DNA of 64,000 nt. Origin: Mobula hypostoma. Its lineage: Eukaryota. The position numbers were made by a program, and so were the translations under genes. Positions 62,153-64,000 of the stretch are shown here, in pieces (the stretch's first letter is position 1; every line of letters begins with the position of its first letter). Where the stretch lies: assembly GCF_963921235.1 (NCBI RefSeq), contig NC_086097.1, forward strand, positions 90,274,001-90,338,000. The letters run 5' to 3'. The notes under the pieces were generated by a model that worked only from the letters and a program-made list of their open reading frames with translations, did not search any database and was not told the origin of the DNA.

Positions 62153-64000
62153 AATATTTAATACTAGAGGTATTATTTCAAAAGGAAGAAAAACGCACCA
62201 AAAAAAGGTGCAGAAAGTAGATAGTGCTTGGAAAACTTTATCTGTTGAAGCATGCTCAATTTGGAATTTTCTCTCAATGACAGAATCCTGGACCTTATTT
62301 TAATTGTGTCCAACTGGTAATGCGTACAGTCTACTTGCAGGAGTAGTGTACAGCAATTCATTGGAACAGATTTCCAATCTGCATACAGTGTGCCTTTTGC
62401 AGTGCTGAACTTGGACTACAAGCAGGGATTTAGGTTGTGAGTTGTGCTGAGTGAGGGATAATGTTTAATTTGTTGCTATTGAGCACAGTTCTGTGGTACA
62501 AATGGACAAGTAATGAAACAAAACACACAATTCCTCCTGATCATCACCTCACTTAGAGTAAATTTATTTAGAAATGCAGTTATATACATAGTACAATTAA
62601 ACTTAAATTAACTTTATACAAATATTAAAATACTATCTTGACACCCATTGCAATATACAGGATTCCAGAGAAACCTTAAAGCAAAAGCCAAAGAGGGACA
62701 GGTTGAGTGACCAACACATCAACCAAGCACCGCTCCATTACACTAACAGGCAAGTTACAAGCAACAGTGCCCTTGTCTCTGTATCAGCATCACCACTACT
62801 GTACACATCCTCTTTCTCATGAGAAAGGGAGAGATTTTCATTTTACAAAGGAACTGGTATATTCTGTTCAATGCCCTCCTCTAGACAAAAGCCCAAGGTA
62901 CAGGGGGTGTTACAAAATAGATGGTTAATCCAAGATTTGGATGCGCGTTCACACTAAATCTTGGCACAGGCACGCACGCAAACAAATCCTCTCAAACATC
63001 AGCACTGGATCATGGAAACACTAGTTTTCTGGATAAATTCTACAGCAGGTTTGATATCACTAAATGTGGATGAAGATGTCTTCAGGGCATAGTGAAAATG
63101 TAATATTTATTACCATAAGGCATAGTTGATGAGGGTGATAAACATGAACAAAATGCTCGTGGGATTATGTGAATATTAGCAGTAGGCAGAATAGCTTGTG
63201 TGCAGGATAAGTATTGACATGGTCCTGTAGTAGTAAATGATTTTCTGCAATTGTTCCAGCTGGTCTGGAGTTTGGGTAGAAGTTATTGTACTTGATAGCA
63301 TGAAAAGTCATTGTATGGAATGTTATTCTCTTCCCAACACATTCAGCTATAAAGCAAAGAACAGAAGCAGTGCCCTTAGATGTACAGAAAGTCATTGAGG
63401 GGTGTGGCAGCTTCATACCAAGTACCTATTTAAATATAGACCATTTCTTTAACCTCCCACATCTAATCTGACATTTCCCCTCAACTCTCTCTATCATGCT
63501 TTAATATGCTCTATCATGTGTTCAAAGGGTTTTTTAAATATTGTGTGAAGTGCCCAAGAATTATTTCACCAAATGAGCAAATAGATGCTTTGTTGAGACA
63601 ATATTTTAAAATAAAGGCATATGTTCACACCTTGCATCAAATGTTGCTACGTGACCTGGAATCCCAAATTCCCTAGCCCTTTACCTAAAGTGAAGGCTAA
63701 TGCAAGTGAAACACACAGACACACATACACCATTCAAATCAGCAAGGCAAAGAGATTAAATATATAGGTTCCCACTTTCCCTTTTATTTACACCAAAGGT
63801 GAAGAATATCCACGGGTATTTGGTAAGTCAGCCGTAGAGGATTACGGGCATTGAGTGGGGGAGGGCAGGGATTTCAGATATTGATGCCTCAGTCAAAACA
63901 TTCTCACTAGTTTTGTGGGATCAGCTGAGAGATATGTAGAGCGAAAAAGCAAGTGAGACACTGAGCACTTCTGGTGCTGAGCCATGGCTCAGTGGGCAGC

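Overview
Eukaryotic, vertebrate genomic DNA; the repeat landscape suggests a cartilaginous fish (inference). The window holds the central and 3' part of one plus-strand gene, BUB1B (BubR1, spindle-assembly checkpoint). It runs from the TPR-domain exon at 1060 to the stop codon at 61768. About 20 GT-AG exons can be chained in frame by hand; exon numbers are by analogy to human, from memory. They encode D-box 1, the ABBA-KEN2-ABBA cassette, GLEBS, ABBA3, the PLK1-docking STP, the KARD (LSPIQE) and a kinase domain that has lost the catalytic Asp (HGD>HGG). The first exons lie upstream of the window. Introns are packed with transposable elements: a ~12-kb three-level LINE nest with a young full-length CR1 (intact ORF2), L2, Rex1/Babar, RTE, Penelope-like pieces (one with an intact hammerhead core), Tigger and Tc1 DNA transposons, MITEs, MetaSINE-like SINEs and two solo LTRs. 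No prokaryotic-type system, rRNA, CRISPR or genuine tRNA gene is seen. The most notable signals are motif losses in BubR1, an ambiguous alternative-exon region and several structured or chimeric mobile elements. Repeat family names come from recognition, not database searches.
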